Source of the DNA: Campylobacterales bacterium
Lineage (GTDB): Bacteria; Campylobacterota; Campylobacteria; Campylobacterales; JALSKU01
Length of the DNA: 63,970 nucleotides
Direction of reading: 5' to 3'
Assembly: GCA_027044945.1 (NCBI GenBank)
Contig: JALUBK010000026.1
Location: forward strand, 14,481 to 78,450
Below, one piece after another: positions 34,216 to 45,194 of this stretch (positions are counted from its first letter, which is position 1; the number at the start of each line of letters is the position of its first letter). Both the position numbers and the translations under genes were made by a program. Under the pieces are notes generated by a model that worked only from the letters and a program-made list of their open reading frames with translations, did not search any database and was not told where the DNA came from.

Positions 34216-35065
34216 ATTAAAAGATATTGTTTCGTCATCTGAAAGCAAATTGCCCAATACAAAATTTATAGCCATAACAAGTGGAAAAGGTGGGGTTGGA
34301 AAAAGCACAATAAGTGTAAATACAGCAGTTTTATTATCTGAGTTTGGATACAAAGTCGCCCTTTTTGATGCTGATATCGGACTTGCAAATTTAGATGTTT
34401 TATTAAATGTAAGATGTGCTAAAAATATCTTAAATGTCTTAAAAGGAGAATGTTCTCTTGATGAAATAATAATGCCCGTTAAAAAAAATCTCATTCTTAT
34501 TCCCGGAGACAGTGGAGATGAAATATTAAGATACAGTGATCAATTTATATATGAAAGATTTTTTAAAGAAGCAACGAGTTTAAATGATTTGGATTATATT
34601 ATTATTGATACTGGAGCTGGAATAGGAGATCAAACACAACTTTTTTTAAATGCTGCAGATGAAGTTATAGTCGTAACAGTCCCTGATCCTGCTGCGATAA
34701 CAGATGCTTATGCTACTATAAAAATAACAAGTAAATTTAAATCAAATATACATTTGATATTAAATATGGTAAAAAGCAAAAAAGAAGCTCAATTGATTTT
34801 TAGTAAAATAAATAAAGTTGCAGAAGAAAATATTGGAAATGATTTTAAATTAAATTTAATTGGTAGTATCACAAATGATAAAAATATTGCAAAAAGCATA
34901 AGAAATAGAACAATATTTGTAAATGAATATCCAAATTCCCTATCCACAAAAGATATAAACAATATCGTTAAGAAACTTGTTTTCAAAATGGAACACAAAG
35001 TGCTTGATGACAATAAAGATAAAAGTTTTGGAGGCTTCATAAAGAGGCTTATTGAACAATTTTAG
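34196..35065 (+). CDS. flhG: Flagellar number regulator FlhG (MinD/ParA-type ATPase)
   Basis: Deviant Walker A SGKGGVGKST. I use the ATG at 34196 with an aaagga RBS; the ORF track starts at the TTG at 34172. Confidence 0.9.
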   Translation: MQTQANKLKDIVSSSESKLPNTKFIAITSGKGGVGKSTISVNTAVLLSEFGYKVALFDADIGLANLDVLLNVRCAKNILNVLKGECSLDEIIMPVKKNLILIPGDSGDEILRYSDQFIYERFFKEATSLNDLDYIIIDTGAGIGDQTQLFLNAADEVIVVTVPDPAAITDAYATIKITSKFKSNIHLILNMVKSKKEAQLIFSKINKVAEENIGNDFKLNLIGSITNDKNIAKSIRNRTIFVNEYPNSLSTKDINNIVKKLVFKMEHKVLDDNKDKSFGGFIKRLIEQF

Positions 35066-35079
35066 TAAAAGGAGATTGG

Positions 35080-35439
35080 TTGAGAATAGAGAATTTTATA
35101 TATTTTTTTACAATTTCCGGTTTTTTTATAGGACTTATTTTTTCTATTATAAATTTTAATGCACCAGAGAATATACTTTTTTATACTTTATTAATTACTC
35201 TATTTTTTTATTTATTAATTCATTTAATAGTTGCAAACACACTGGATATAAAAAATATATCTAAAAAAATTTTTAACAAAGAAAAGTATGAAGAAGTTAG
35301 TGATTATTTTATTTATGAATTAGAAAACAGAGAAGAAAAAATCAATTTACTTGTGGGAGCTATGGAAGATTTTTCAATCAATAAATCTAAAAAACAAAAG
35401 AGAAATATAAATGACAACACCAGCCAAATTGCAGCTTAA
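35080..35439 (+). CDS. Small integral membrane protein in the flagellar cluster
   Basis: Two predicted TM helices, TTG start with an aaaaggag RBS. The position between flhG and fliA matches C. jejuni as I recall it. Confidence 0.65.
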   Translation: MRIENFIYFFTISGFFIGLIFSIINFNAPENILFYTLLITLFFYLLIHLIVANTLDIKNISKKIFNKEKYEEVSDYFIYELENREEKINLLVGAMEDFSINKSKKQKRNINDNTSQIAA

Positions 35440-36124
35440 TGAATATACAAAACAATTAAAAGAACAAAGAGATGCTCTTGTGATTCAATTTTTACCTGCG
35501 GTTAAAGCTATGGCTTTTAGACTTAAAGAAAGATTGCCCAGTAGTATAGATGTAAATGATCTTATTTCTATTGGCACAGAAGAATCAATTAAGCTTGCAA
35601 AAAAATATGATAAAAACAAAAACGACTTTTTTTGGGGATATGCAAAACAAAGAGTTTATGGATCCATGCTGGATTATTTAAGAAGTTTAGATATGGTTAG
35701 CAGAAACAACAGAAGACTTATCAAAGCCATAGATAACGAATGTGAAAAATATATGGACAAATATGAAACAGAACCAGACGATGAGTATCTTGCAAAAGTT
35801 TTAGGAGAAAATGTTAAAAAAATCCATAAAGTTAGAAATATTTCTGAAACATCAATGGTGTTTCCAATAAATGAACAAATGACAATAATAGACAAAAATA
35901 ATACAGAAGAGATAATAGAAAAAGATGAATTAATAGAAAATATTAAAAATATTTTAAAAGATTTTAAAAAAAGAGACCAAATCATTATTCAATTATACTA
36001 TTTTGAAGAATTAAGTTTAAAAGAGATAAGTTCAATCTTGGAAATTAGCGAATCTAGAATATCACAAATACACAAAAAACTTATTTTAAAGATAAGAAAT
36101 GCATTAGGAAATAAAAATGGCTGA
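35411..36124 (+). CDS. fliA: Flagellar sigma factor sigma-28
   Basis: Regions 2 and 4 are recognisable (LSLKEISSILEISESRISQIHKK). Confidence 0.92.
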   Translation: MTTPAKLQLNEYTKQLKEQRDALVIQFLPAVKAMAFRLKERLPSSIDVNDLISIGTEESIKLAKKYDKNKNDFFWGYAKQRVYGSMLDYLRSLDMVSRNNRRLIKAIDNECEKYMDKYETEPDDEYLAKVLGENVKKIHKVRNISETSMVFPINEQMTIIDKNNTEEIIEKDELIENIKNILKDFKKRDQIIIQLYYFEELSLKEISSILEISESRISQIHKKLILKIRNALGNKNG

Positions 36125-37175
36125 TATATTAAGTCAAGAAGAGATAGATGCACTACTTGAAGTTGTAGATGAAGAAGAATCACCTAATGCTCTTGATGAA
36201 GAGGAAGTAATCGACCAAAGACAAATTGTTTTATATGATTTTAAAAGACCAAATCGTGTCAGCAAAGAACAATTAAGAGCCATTAGGGGCATACATGACA
36301 AAATGGCAAGAAATTTATCATCTCAAATTTCATCAATCATGAGATCTATTGTAGAGATACAACTCCATTCCGTAGATCAAATGACTTATGGCGAATTTCT
36401 TATGAGTCTTCCTAGCCCTACTAGTTTTAATGTTTTTTCCATGAAGCCACTTGATGGAAGCGGAATAATAGAAATAAATCCATCTATTGCATTTCCTATG
36501 ATTGACAGATTGTTAGGAGGCAAAGGAGAAAGCTATGAATCTTCTAGAGAATTAACCGATATTGAATTGAATCTTCTTGATGCTATACTTAGAATTATTA
36601 CTCAAAAATTAAAAGGTGCATGGGAGCCAATAACTGATATATATCCAAATATTGAGACAAAAGAATCAAGTCCGAATGTTGTTCAAATTGTATCTCAAAA
36701 TGAAATAGTTATTATGGTTGTTATGGAATTGATAGTGGGAAATTCAAGCGGAATGATAAATATTTGTTATCCTGTAATTTATCTTGAATCAATTCTTCCA
36801 AAACTTGCAAATAGAGATATTATGCTCGGCAGTAGTAGTTCAAATGCCAAAAAAAGTAGAAACAAAGAGCTTAATGTCCTAGTTCAAAGAGCTGATATCC
36901 TTGTGGAAATAATTATTGGAAAAACAACTCTTAGTGTTAAAGAATTACTTGAATTGAAAAAAAATGATATAATTAGACTTAATAAAAGTGCTGATGATAA
37001 AGCTACAATAAGTGTAGATAGAAAAGATATGTTTACAGGAGAAATAGGAATACATCGTTTCAGGAAATCCATAAAAGTAACAGGTTTTATAAAAAGTGAT
37101 AAAGATGAAATAAAAGAAGATCTTGAGAAACTTGAACACAACAGAAGAAGAAAAATTTCAACAGTAAGTGCATAA
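36117..37175 (+). CDS. fliM: Flagellar motor switch protein FliM
   Basis: N-terminal LSQEEIDALL CheY-P binding motif, 352 aa. Confidence 0.94.
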   Translation: MADILSQEEIDALLEVVDEEESPNALDEEEVIDQRQIVLYDFKRPNRVSKEQLRAIRGIHDKMARNLSSQISSIMRSIVEIQLHSVDQMTYGEFLMSLPSPTSFNVFSMKPLDGSGIIEINPSIAFPMIDRLLGGKGESYESSRELTDIELNLLDAILRIITQKLKGAWEPITDIYPNIETKESSPNVVQIVSQNEIVIMVVMELIVGNSSGMINICYPVIYLESILPKLANRDIMLGSSSSNAKKSRNKELNVLVQRADILVEIIIGKTTLSVKELLELKKNDIIRLNKSADDKATISVDRKDMFTGEIGIHRFRKSIKVTGFIKSDKDEIKEDLEKLEHNRRRKISTVSA

Positions 37176-37188
37176 AAGGAGCATTATA

Positions 37189-38049
37189 GTGAATAAATTT
37201 ATTGAGATTTTGGAAAAGGATATTATTGCAACCATAGAAGGATTAACTGGAATTGCCCCTGCTTTATCATTGATCAGCGAAGATAGTATTACCGAAAATA
37301 CTTCCATTGCTCCTCCTTTAGTTTGTGCCAAAATAAGCTCAACTGGTGATATAAAAGGCAAAATATCGATCTGCTTGACACCCTCTTTGGCAACAGGACT
37401 TTCAGACATGATGTTAGGCGGAGAAGGAGAAAGCAAAGAAGAAGTAGATGATGATGACCTTGATGCAACAAAAGAGATAATATCAAATATTTTTGGAGGA
37501 TTTTCCACTTCTCTTTCTGCTCAAAAAGATCTTCCAAAATTATCATTTAGCATAAACGATATTAATTTTATTAAAGAAGAGGACAGTGTATCTTTGACAG
37601 ATTATTCTAATATTTTTATATATAATGTCAAAATATCAAATCTTGATTCTCAAATGTATATTATAACAAATGATGTCTTATTATCTGAGCCTTCAAAAAG
37701 CGAAGAAATGCAAACAACAGAAATTAAAAATAAGAAAAATGCAACAAATAACAATTCCGAAAAAGAAGATGATTTAAGCTCTACGGAAATGAAAAACATA
37801 TCTCTCATATTAGATGTTAAATTACCTGTTAGAGTGAGAATCGGCTCAAGAAAAATGCTTTTAAAAGATGTTTTAAACATGGATATAGGTTCTGTTATAG
37901 AATTAAATCAACTTGCAAATGATCCACTTGATATTTTAGTAGGGGATAAAACTGTAGCCAAAGGAGAAGTTGTAATAGTAGATGGAAATTTTGGAATACA
38001 AATATCTGAAATAGGCACCAAAAGAGAAAGACTTGAAAAATTAAGATAA
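37189..38049 (+). CDS. fliY: Flagellar motor switch protein FliY (CheC-like N-terminus plus FliN C-terminus)
   Basis: C-terminal FliN motif VRVRIGS...GSVIELN...DILVGDKTVAKGEVV. I use the GTG at 37189 after an aaaaggag RBS; the ORF track starts at 37168. Confidence 0.9.
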   Translation: MNKFIEILEKDIIATIEGLTGIAPALSLISEDSITENTSIAPPLVCAKISSTGDIKGKISICLTPSLATGLSDMMLGGEGESKEEVDDDDLDATKEIISNIFGGFSTSLSAQKDLPKLSFSINDINFIKEEDSVSLTDYSNIFIYNVKISNLDSQMYIITNDVLLSEPSKSEEMQTTEIKNKKNATNNNSEKEDDLSSTEMKNISLILDVKLPVRVRIGSRKMLLKDVLNMDIGSVIELNQLANDPLDILVGDKTVAKGEVVIVDGNFGIQISEIGTKRERLEKLR

Positions 38050-38059
38050 AGAAAATTAA

Positions 38060-39079
38060 ATGAAAATTATGGTTGCTATGAGTGGGGGAGTTGATTCTTC
38101 TTGTGTTGCTTATATGCTTAAAAAACAAGGGCATGAAGTAGAAGGAGTTTATATGAAGCTCCATAATTCACCACAATATCACACAAAAAATATTGAAAAG
38201 ATAGAGAAAATAGCAAACTTTTTAGGTATAAAATATCATATATTGGATTTGAGTAAAAAATTTGATGAGAGTGTTTATATTCCATTTATAGAAAGTTATA
38301 AACGAGGCGAAACTCCAAATCCTTGCATTGTGTGTAATAGAAATATAAAATTTGGTGAACTTATAAATTTTGTCAGGCTTAAAGGTTTTGATAAATTGGC
38401 AACAGGACATTATGCTGATACAAAAGATGGTTTTATTACCGAAGCAAGAGATAAAAGCAAAGACCAAAGTTATTTCCTTTCTTATGTAAAAAAAGAAAAT
38501 ATTGCTTATATGCTTTTTCCTCTTAACCATATATTTAAAAAAGATTTGAAAGAAACTGCTTCAAAAATTGATATATTGAAAGATTTTTCTTCTCAAAAAG
38601 AGAGCAATGAAATATGTTTTGTTGATACAACTTATATAGATATATTAAAAAAATATACGAAAGTTAATATGCCTGGAAATGTTATAGACAAAAATGGAAA
38701 TATTATAGGAAAACATAAAGGTTATATGCATTATACCATAGGAAAAAGAAGAGGATTTGAAGTTTTTGGTGCCCTTGAACCTCATTATGTTATCAAAATA
38801 AATCCCATTTCAAATACAATTACTGTTGGAAGTAAAGAAGATTTAAAAATAAAAAGTTTTTTTATAAAAGATATCAATCTGTTGATAAACAAAGACGAAT
38901 TTGATGCTACTGTAAAAATACGATACAGAAGCCCAAAAACTCCTTGCAAAATAAAAATCTACAAAGAACATCAAACTGCTGAAATTATCTTAAAAGAATC
39001 TGTATATGGACTTGCAACTGGTCAAATGGCGGTTTTTTATGATAATGATAAAGTTATTGCTGGGGGTTGGATAACTTAA
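38060..39079 (+). CDS. mnmA: tRNA-specific 2-thiouridylase
   Basis: PP-loop MSGGVDSS, 339 aa. Confidence 0.93.
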   Translation: MKIMVAMSGGVDSSCVAYMLKKQGHEVEGVYMKLHNSPQYHTKNIEKIEKIANFLGIKYHILDLSKKFDESVYIPFIESYKRGETPNPCIVCNRNIKFGELINFVRLKGFDKLATGHYADTKDGFITEARDKSKDQSYFLSYVKKENIAYMLFPLNHIFKKDLKETASKIDILKDFSSQKESNEICFVDTTYIDILKKYTKVNMPGNVIDKNGNIIGKHKGYMHYTIGKRRGFEVFGALEPHYVIKINPISNTITVGSKEDLKIKSFFIKDINLLINKDEFDATVKIRYRSPKTPCKIKIYKEHQTAEIILKESVYGLATGQMAVFYDNDKVIAGGWIT

Positions 39080-39267
39080 ACAATTTTTTTTACAATTTTA
39101 ATACAAAGTTCTATAAACAAAACGAAGTAATAAAAGTGAAAAAAATAATTTTATTAATACACCGTTATAATATATTCCTATTGAAGTGATAATCAAATAT
39201 TGAAATAACTAATTTTTAAGAAATTTTTTAGTATCATGATGCTTATTAAAATCGCAAAGGAAATGGT

Positions 39268-40608
39268 TTGTTTGAAACACTAAGTAGCTCTTTTAAAAGT
39301 GCCATAAATAAAATAAGATTTGCAGATGACGATAAAGCATTAAAAAAAGCACTTGATAATCTTAAAAAATCTTTATTGAAAGCAGATGCTCATTATAAAG
39401 TAGTAAAAGAACTTATAAAAAATGTTGAGATAGAAACAAAGCAAGAGGGGATTGGTAAAGAAAATTTCTTAAAATCTATTAGAAAAAATTTACTTGAAAT
39501 TTTACAAACTGGTGGCAATCAAGGTTTTGTATATGCCTCTCATCCACCAACTGTTGTGCTTATGGCTGGTCTTCAAGGAAGTGGAAAAACAACAACAACT
39601 GTTAAACTTGCATATTATTTAAAATTGAGGAAGAAAAAGGTTTTAGTAGCAGCTTGTGATCTCCAAAGATTGGCTGCGGTTGAACAATTAAAACAACTTT
39701 GCGAACAAAACGAGATAGATTTATGCTTTGACGAAAATGAAAAAAATCCTACAAAAATAGCTAAAGAAGCTCTTAAAAAAGCTAAAGATGGACTTTATGA
39801 TGTTCTTTTGGTAGATACTGCAGGACGACTTGCTATCGATGAAGAACTCATGAAAGAGTTGCAAGAGATAAAAAAAGCATTAACTCCAAATGAAATTTTT
39901 TATGTAGCTGATTCATTAAGCGGACAAGATGCAGTTAGAAGTGCTTCAACTTTCAATGAACTATTATCAATTACTGGTATTATTTTGTCAAAATACGACG
40001 GAGATAGCAAAGGTGGAGTAGCTTTAGGAATTTCAAAACAAACTAAAGTTCCTCTTAGATTTGTAGGAACTGGAGAAAAAGCACCTGATTTAGAAATATT
40101 TATTCCTGAACGAATAGTAAGCAGATTGATGGGCGAAGGCGATTTGGCAACACTTGCAGAAAAAACAGGAACCATTATAAATGAAAAAAGAGCAAAAAAA
40201 TTAACTCAGAAAATGAAAAAAGGTGAATTTAATTTTAATGATTTTTTAGAACAAATGGAAAGTATGAAAAAACTTGGAAATATGAAATCAATCATAGGAA
40301 TGATTCCAGGAATGTCATCAATGGCAAATCAAATAAAAAACTTAGATCTTGAAAACTCAAATGAAATGAAATCTATAAAAGCCATGATATCTTCCATGAC
40401 AAAAAAAGAGAGAGAACATCCTGCTTTATTAAACAATAGCCGAAAAAGGCGTATAGCTAAGGGTGCAGGACTTTCACAAATAGAAGTAAATAGATTTATT
40501 AAACAATTTCAAAATGCGGCTAAAATGGCTAAAAAGTTCTCAGGCAAAAAGGGGATGCAAAGCTTACAAACACTTATGAATCAACGAGGAAAAGGATTCC
40601 CTAAATAA
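39268..40608 (+). CDS. ffh: Signal recognition particle protein Ffh
   Basis: GLQGSGKTTT and DTAGR motifs and a Met-rich M domain. TTG start. Confidence 0.94.
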   Translation: MFETLSSSFKSAINKIRFADDDKALKKALDNLKKSLLKADAHYKVVKELIKNVEIETKQEGIGKENFLKSIRKNLLEILQTGGNQGFVYASHPPTVVLMAGLQGSGKTTTTVKLAYYLKLRKKKVLVAACDLQRLAAVEQLKQLCEQNEIDLCFDENEKNPTKIAKEALKKAKDGLYDVLLVDTAGRLAIDEELMKELQEIKKALTPNEIFYVADSLSGQDAVRSASTFNELLSITGIILSKYDGDSKGGVALGISKQTKVPLRFVGTGEKAPDLEIFIPERIVSRLMGEGDLATLAEKTGTIINEKRAKKLTQKMKKGEFNFNDFLEQMESMKKLGNMKSIIGMIPGMSSMANQIKNLDLENSNEMKSIKAMISSMTKKEREHPALLNNSRKRRIAKGAGLSQIEVNRFIKQFQNAAKMAKKFSGKKGMQSLQTLMNQRGKGFPK

Positions 40609-40616
40609 GTTATAGT

Positions 40617-42884
40617 TTATAGTTTTCTTATATCAAAAGGTTGGCCAAAATAATATCCTTGAGAATAATCTATACCCAATTCAGTTATTTTTGATAAAAT
40701 CTCTTTATTTTCTATAAATTCCCCTACAACCTCGAGATTAAGTTCCTTTAAAAGCTCTGTCATTTTTGATAAAATTGCATATATTCTTGGATCATCAATA
40801 TTTTTAATAATACTTCCATCTATTTTTACAATATCAATATTCATTTTTTCCAAATAAATAAAGTTTGAATATCCGCTCCCAAAATCATCCATAGCAAGTT
40901 GAACATTGAATTCTTTCAGCTTTTGTAATTGAGCTGAAATTTCTTCAAAATTTATCATTTCATCTTCAAGCAATTCTACAATCAATTTATTTTCAACATT
41001 ATGCTCTCTAATTTTATTAAAGAAAAAACTCATAAAAGTATAGTTGGTAAAATCTTCCATGGAAAGATTGATTGAAAATTTACAATCCAATTTTTGAAAC
41101 ACTTTAAAACTTTTTTCTACCATTATTTTTTGAATTTCTGTATATAAAGATGTTTTTTTAGCAATATCCAAAAAGAAAAATGGAGTATAAATTTTATCAT
41201 CATCTTTTAGTCTTACCAAACATTCATATTTATCTATTTTATTGGTTTTATTGTTTACAATAGGTTGAACAAAGGGGAGGATATTGTCTTCTTCTATAGC
41301 TTTTACAATTATTTTTTTCCATTTTAAATTATTTGCAAACTCTTTCAATAAAGGTAAATTTTTATTATAAACTATTACTGGTTTATTCTTTTTAAGTTTT
41401 GCATATTTTAAAGCTAAATCTGCATTTGAAAGCCTAGTAGCTATTCCAGCTTTCATATTTATAATAATCTCTTCATTATTTACAATAAATTTTTTATTTT
41501 TTAAATTTTCAAAAATTTTATCAATTATATGCTTTAAACTTGATGCTCTCATGCCAATAATTCCATATTCATCAGCTTGAAGCTTATAAACGATAGCATA
41601 TTTAGATAAAAATTCACCCACTTCTATCAAAATTTTATCGCCTATTTTAACTCCATAAAAATCATTTATCTCTCTAAAAGAATCTATATTTAAAATAGCA
41701 ATATATTTATTTTTCGAATCCGTTATAAACTTTTCTCTATTTGGAAATCCTGTTAAATTATCAATAAACAATCTTTCAATCAATTCTTCTGTTTTTCTTT
41801 TTACTTCATTTTCCAAATTATCATTGATTGTTTTCAATTTTTCATTTTTTTCTTTTATCTCTTTTTCATATTTTTTTATTATTTTTTCTATATTTTTATT
41901 TCCATATTTTGTAAAAAAATAAGCTACTACTAAAAATATTGAAAGTAAAATAAAATAATATTTCAATATTTGGATCAAACTGTGTTCAACTTTTATTTTT
42001 TTTCCATTAACTATACTTTCAATATCATCAACATAAACACCTGTGGCTACAAGCCAGTTATAAGGTTTATATATCTTAAAAAAAGTTATTTTATGGTATT
42101 GCTTATTGTTACTTTTATCTTTAAAAAAATAATAACTTTCATATCCTTCTCCATATTTATTTAACATTTTCATATATTTTTTTCTATAAAATTCCCCTCT
42201 AGCATCTTTTTTTGTATCGCTAATCATTTTACCTACCATTTGAGGTTTAATTCTCAAAGCTAAAATTTTAGCAAAATTATTCCCACCTTTAAATTTTAAT
42301 ATTTTAGTAATAATAATATATCCATCTCCTTTTATTCCATATTTAAAATTATTTGCTCTGTTTATAATTATTTTTTTTGATATTTTTTCTATTGCCTGAT
42401 TATATGCATATATTGTAAGTAAATATTTATGGTGTATCAATCTATACATACAATATTTAATTCCATCTTTTGTTTTCTTTTTGTAAATGAAATTATTTTT
42501 AAATTTTTGAGGTTTTGTTGTTTTTGTTATAGACATATATAAAATTGGAACTTTTTTTGATATATCTTTTACAATAATTTTATAGTATTTCGGATCTATT
42601 TTGTTTAAAATGTCGCCTATGGCCGACATTTCTAATTTCATTCTTGTTAAAATTTTGTGTTTTTCATTTTTTCTTACTTTATCTATAAATGCGATAAATT
42701 GATAAACTTGATTTTTGATTAATTCTTTCTGAGAAGATGTATAATTTTTTTGTATGGCTAAAGATTCAGTTTGATAAAATTGATCGCTTACCGACAAAAT
42801 AATAAAAATAGAAGATAACGAAAATAAAATAATAAAAAGAAAAAGAAAATATTTATTCATTTTTAATATTTTATCTTTGACCAT
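40617..42884 (-). CDS. Membrane sensor with a Cache-like periplasmic domain, a degenerate GGDEF domain and an EAL domain
   Basis: N-terminal TM helix. Cache_2-like YKPYNWLVATGVYVDDIE. Second TM helix and a coiled coil. The GGDEF position reads YKLQADEY. EAL residues are intact (YECLVR, SINLS, DDFGSGYSNF, KIDGS, SQGYY). Confidence 0.85.
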   Translation of the reverse strand: MVKDKILKMNKYFLFLFIILFSLSSIFIILSVSDQFYQTESLAIQKNYTSSQKELIKNQVYQFIAFIDKVRKNEKHKILTRMKLEMSAIGDILNKIDPKYYKIIVKDISKKVPILYMSITKTTKPQKFKNNFIYKKKTKDGIKYCMYRLIHHKYLLTIYAYNQAIEKISKKIIINRANNFKYGIKGDGYIIITKILKFKGGNNFAKILALRIKPQMVGKMISDTKKDARGEFYRKKYMKMLNKYGEGYESYYFFKDKSNNKQYHKITFFKIYKPYNWLVATGVYVDDIESIVNGKKIKVEHSLIQILKYYFILLSIFLVVAYFFTKYGNKNIEKIIKKYEKEIKEKNEKLKTINDNLENEVKRKTEELIERLFIDNLTGFPNREKFITDSKNKYIAILNIDSFREINDFYGVKIGDKILIEVGEFLSKYAIVYKLQADEYGIIGMRASSLKHIIDKIFENLKNKKFIVNNEEIIINMKAGIATRLSNADLALKYAKLKKNKPVIVYNKNLPLLKEFANNLKWKKIIVKAIEEDNILPFVQPIVNNKTNKIDKYECLVRLKDDDKIYTPFFFLDIAKKTSLYTEIQKIMVEKSFKVFQKLDCKFSINLSMEDFTNYTFMSFFFNKIREHNVENKLIVELLEDEMINFEEISAQLQKLKEFNVQLAMDDFGSGYSNFIYLEKMNIDIVKIDGSIIKNIDDPRIYAILSKMTELLKELNLEVVGEFIENKEILSKITELGIDYSQGYYFGQPFDIRKL

Positions 42885-43132
42885 ACTTATCCTTCGTTTA
42901 AACTTAATTTTATTATTATAATAATTATTCTATTAAAAACAGATAAAAATAGATATTGTCTTTACTTTTAAAAAAGTTTTAGATATAATATCGCCTTAGC
43001 TTGACTTTTAAAATAATCCCTCTGTGATTAAAAGTTGCAAAAAGCTTACGGGCAAAAAAGAGGCATTATAAACTTACTATTTATTCTGCATACTATTTTT
43101 ATCCCGATATATTTTATAAAAAAAGGAAACAA

Positions 43133-43363
43133 ATGACAGTAGTAAGATTGACAAGAATGGGAAGAAAGAAAAAACCATTTTACAGAATAGTTGTTACAGA
43201 CAGTAGAAAAAAAAGAGATGGTGGTTGGATTGAATCAATAGGCCATTATAATCCTCTAAGTGATCCTGAAATTGTAAAATTTGACGAAGAAAGACTTAAT
43301 TATTGGAAAAGCGTTGGTGCTAAATTGAGCGACAGGGTAAAAAGAATAACTGGATCAAAATAG
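43133..43363 (+). CDS. rpsP: 30S ribosomal protein S16
   Basis: [20 protein letters not shown]. Confidence 0.95.
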   Translation: MTVVRLTRMGRKKKPFYRIVVTDSRKKRDGGWIESIGHYNPLSDPEIVKFDEERLNYWKSVGAKLSDRVKRITGSK

Positions 43364-43364
43364 A

Positions 43365-43616
43365 ATGGTTAAAGATTTTATAAAAGAATTTACCCTCTTA
43401 CTTGTTGATAAACCTGAACTTATCAAAATTGATTTAAATGAAGTAAATCCAACTTTTAGTGAAATTACTATTTATGCGGATAAAAGTGACACAGGTAAAC
43501 TCATAGGTAAAGAAGGTAAAATGATAAATTCTTTAAAAACAGTTATCTCAGGATGCAAAGCAAAAAACAATAAATCATACAGAGTTATGGTAAAAGCAAT
43601 TGAACTTGATGAATAA
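43365..43616 (+). CDS. KH-domain RNA-binding protein (YlqC family)
   Basis: GKLIGKEGKMINSLK KH motif, located between rpsP and rimM. Confidence 0.85.
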   Translation: MVKDFIKEFTLLLVDKPELIKIDLNEVNPTFSEITIYADKSDTGKLIGKEGKMINSLKTVISGCKAKNNKSYRVMVKAIELDE

Positions 43617-44136
43617 GTTTATTCAAATAGCCCAAATAGGAAAAACTGTTGGGCTAAAAGGAGAGCTTAAACTCCATATAAAAAGTGATTTTCCTGAGCA
43701 ATTCAAAAAAGGAAATCACTTTTTTACAATAGATGAAAATATTTTAACGATAGAAAAATACAATAAAAACAGATCTGTTGTAAAATTTATAGAATACGAC
43801 AGCAAAGAAGATGCTTCTGTTTTGACAAATCAATTTCTTTATTCTACAATAGAAAAAAGTAGAGAAAATTGTAATTTGTCTAAAGACGAGTATTTTTGGT
43901 TTGATATTATCGGAGCTTTAATTTATGATAATGAAGAACTTTTGGGGCAAGTAATATCTATAGAAAGATTTGAGCCAAATGATTTTATCATCATAAAAAC
44001 TAATTTTAAATTGGTTGAAAATGGTTATCCAAATCAATTTATGATTCCTTATATAGACAGATATATATTAGATTTTGACAAAAATAAAAAAATAATATAT
44101 ACAAAAGATGCCAAAGGGATTTTAGAAAATTCATGA
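43609..44136 (+). CDS. rimM: 16S rRNA processing protein RimM
   Basis: [16 protein letters not shown] motif. I use the ATG at 43609, which overlaps the upstream stop (ATGAATAA); the ORF track starts at the TTG at 43600. Confidence 0.9.
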   Translation: MNKFIQIAQIGKTVGLKGELKLHIKSDFPEQFKKGNHFFTIDENILTIEKYNKNRSVVKFIEYDSKEDASVLTNQFLYSTIEKSRENCNLSKDEYFWFDIIGALIYDNEELLGQVISIERFEPNDFIIIKTNFKLVENGYPNQFMIPYIDRYILDFDKNKKIIYTKDAKGILENS

Positions 44137-44837
44137 AATTTACTTTTGTAACACTTTTTTCTCATATCATAAAGTGTTATTTTGAAGATTCGATTTTAAA
44201 AAATGCAATTTCAAAATCTCTTATAAGTATAGATTTTGAAAATCCTAGAGATTTTACAAAAAATAAACATAAAAAAGTTGACAGTCCTCTTATTGGTGGA
44301 GGTGCTGGAATGCTTATGAGTTCTCAGCCTATTGCTGATACAATAAAAAGTATAAAAAATATAGATAAACAAGCTTATATTATATTTTTAACACCATCAG
44401 GAAAACCTTTCAAGCAAAATGATGCAAAAAGATTGGCTAAAAAAGAACACATAGTTTTTGTTAGTGGAAGATATGAGGGAATTGATGAAAGAGTTATGGA
44501 AATATATGCAAATGAACTTTTTTCCATTGGTGATTATGTATTGACGGGTGGAGAATTGCCCTCTTTGATCCTTTGTGATGCAATTTCTAGAAATATTTCT
44601 GGAGTTTTAGGGAATAGTTCATCTCTTCAAGAAGAAAGTTTTGAAAATATACTTTTAGAAGCACCTGCTTTTACAAAACCAAATATTTTTGAAAAAAATT
44701 GCATAATTAAAGAGTTTTTAAAGGGAAATCACGGTAAAATTGCAACCTTGAAATATGATTTATCGCTTTTAAAAACAAAATATTATAGACCAGATTTGTA
44801 TAAAAAAGCAAAAATAAGGATAAAAAATGAGAAATAG
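44133..44837 (+). CDS. trmD: tRNA (guanine37-N1)-methyltransferase
   Basis: [10 protein letters not shown] and VLTGGELP motifs. Confidence 0.93.
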   Translation: MKFTFVTLFSHIIKCYFEDSILKNAISKSLISIDFENPRDFTKNKHKKVDSPLIGGGAGMLMSSQPIADTIKSIKNIDKQAYIIFLTPSGKPFKQNDAKRLAKKEHIVFVSGRYEGIDERVMEIYANELFSIGDYVLTGGELPSLILCDAISRNISGVLGNSSSLQEESFENILLEAPAFTKPNIFEKNCIIKEFLKGNHGKIATLKYDLSLLKTKYYRPDLYKKAKIRIKNEK

Positions 44838-45186
44838 ATATATAGAAAGTTTTGAACAAAAGCAAATGAGTTCAAAAAATATACCAGATTTTAGAGCTGG
44901 AGATACTTTAAGAGTAGCTGTTACTATTAAAGAAGGGGATAAACAAAGAGTTCAAAATTTTGAAGGTGTTTGCATTTCAAAAAGAGGAACTGGAACTGGT
45001 GCTAGTTTTACAGTAAGAAAAATGGGTGCTAACAATATTGGAGTAGAAAGAATTTTTCCGCTTTATAGTGATAGTATAGATGCTATTACAGTTCTAAGAA
45101 AAGGTAGAGTAAGAAGAGCAAAACTTTTTTATTTAAGAGATAGAAAAGGTAAATCTGCTAGAATTAAAGAACTAAAAAGAAAATAA
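44827..45186 (+). CDS. rplS: 50S ribosomal protein L19
   Basis: FRAGDTLRV and QNFEGVCI motifs. Confidence 0.95.
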   Translation: MRNRYIESFEQKQMSSKNIPDFRAGDTLRVAVTIKEGDKQRVQNFEGVCISKRGTGTGASFTVRKMGANNIGVERIFPLYSDSIDAITVLRKGRVRRAKLFYLRDRKGKSARIKELKRK

Positions 45187-45194
45187 ATCTTATA

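Noticed and set aside
39080-39267. A possible small RNA or 17-aa ORF (GTG at 39136) in the 188-bp spacer between mnmA and ffh.
   Set aside because: There is no stable stem, no terminator and only a weak RBS. The region looks like ordinary AT-rich promoter sequence for ffh.
43104-43109. A CGATAT motif upstream of rpsP that resembles a sigma-28 -10 element.
   Set aside because: No convincing TAAA -35 element sits at the right spacing, and a ribosomal operon is an implausible sigma-28 target. The motif overlaps ordinary A/T-rich -10-like sequence.
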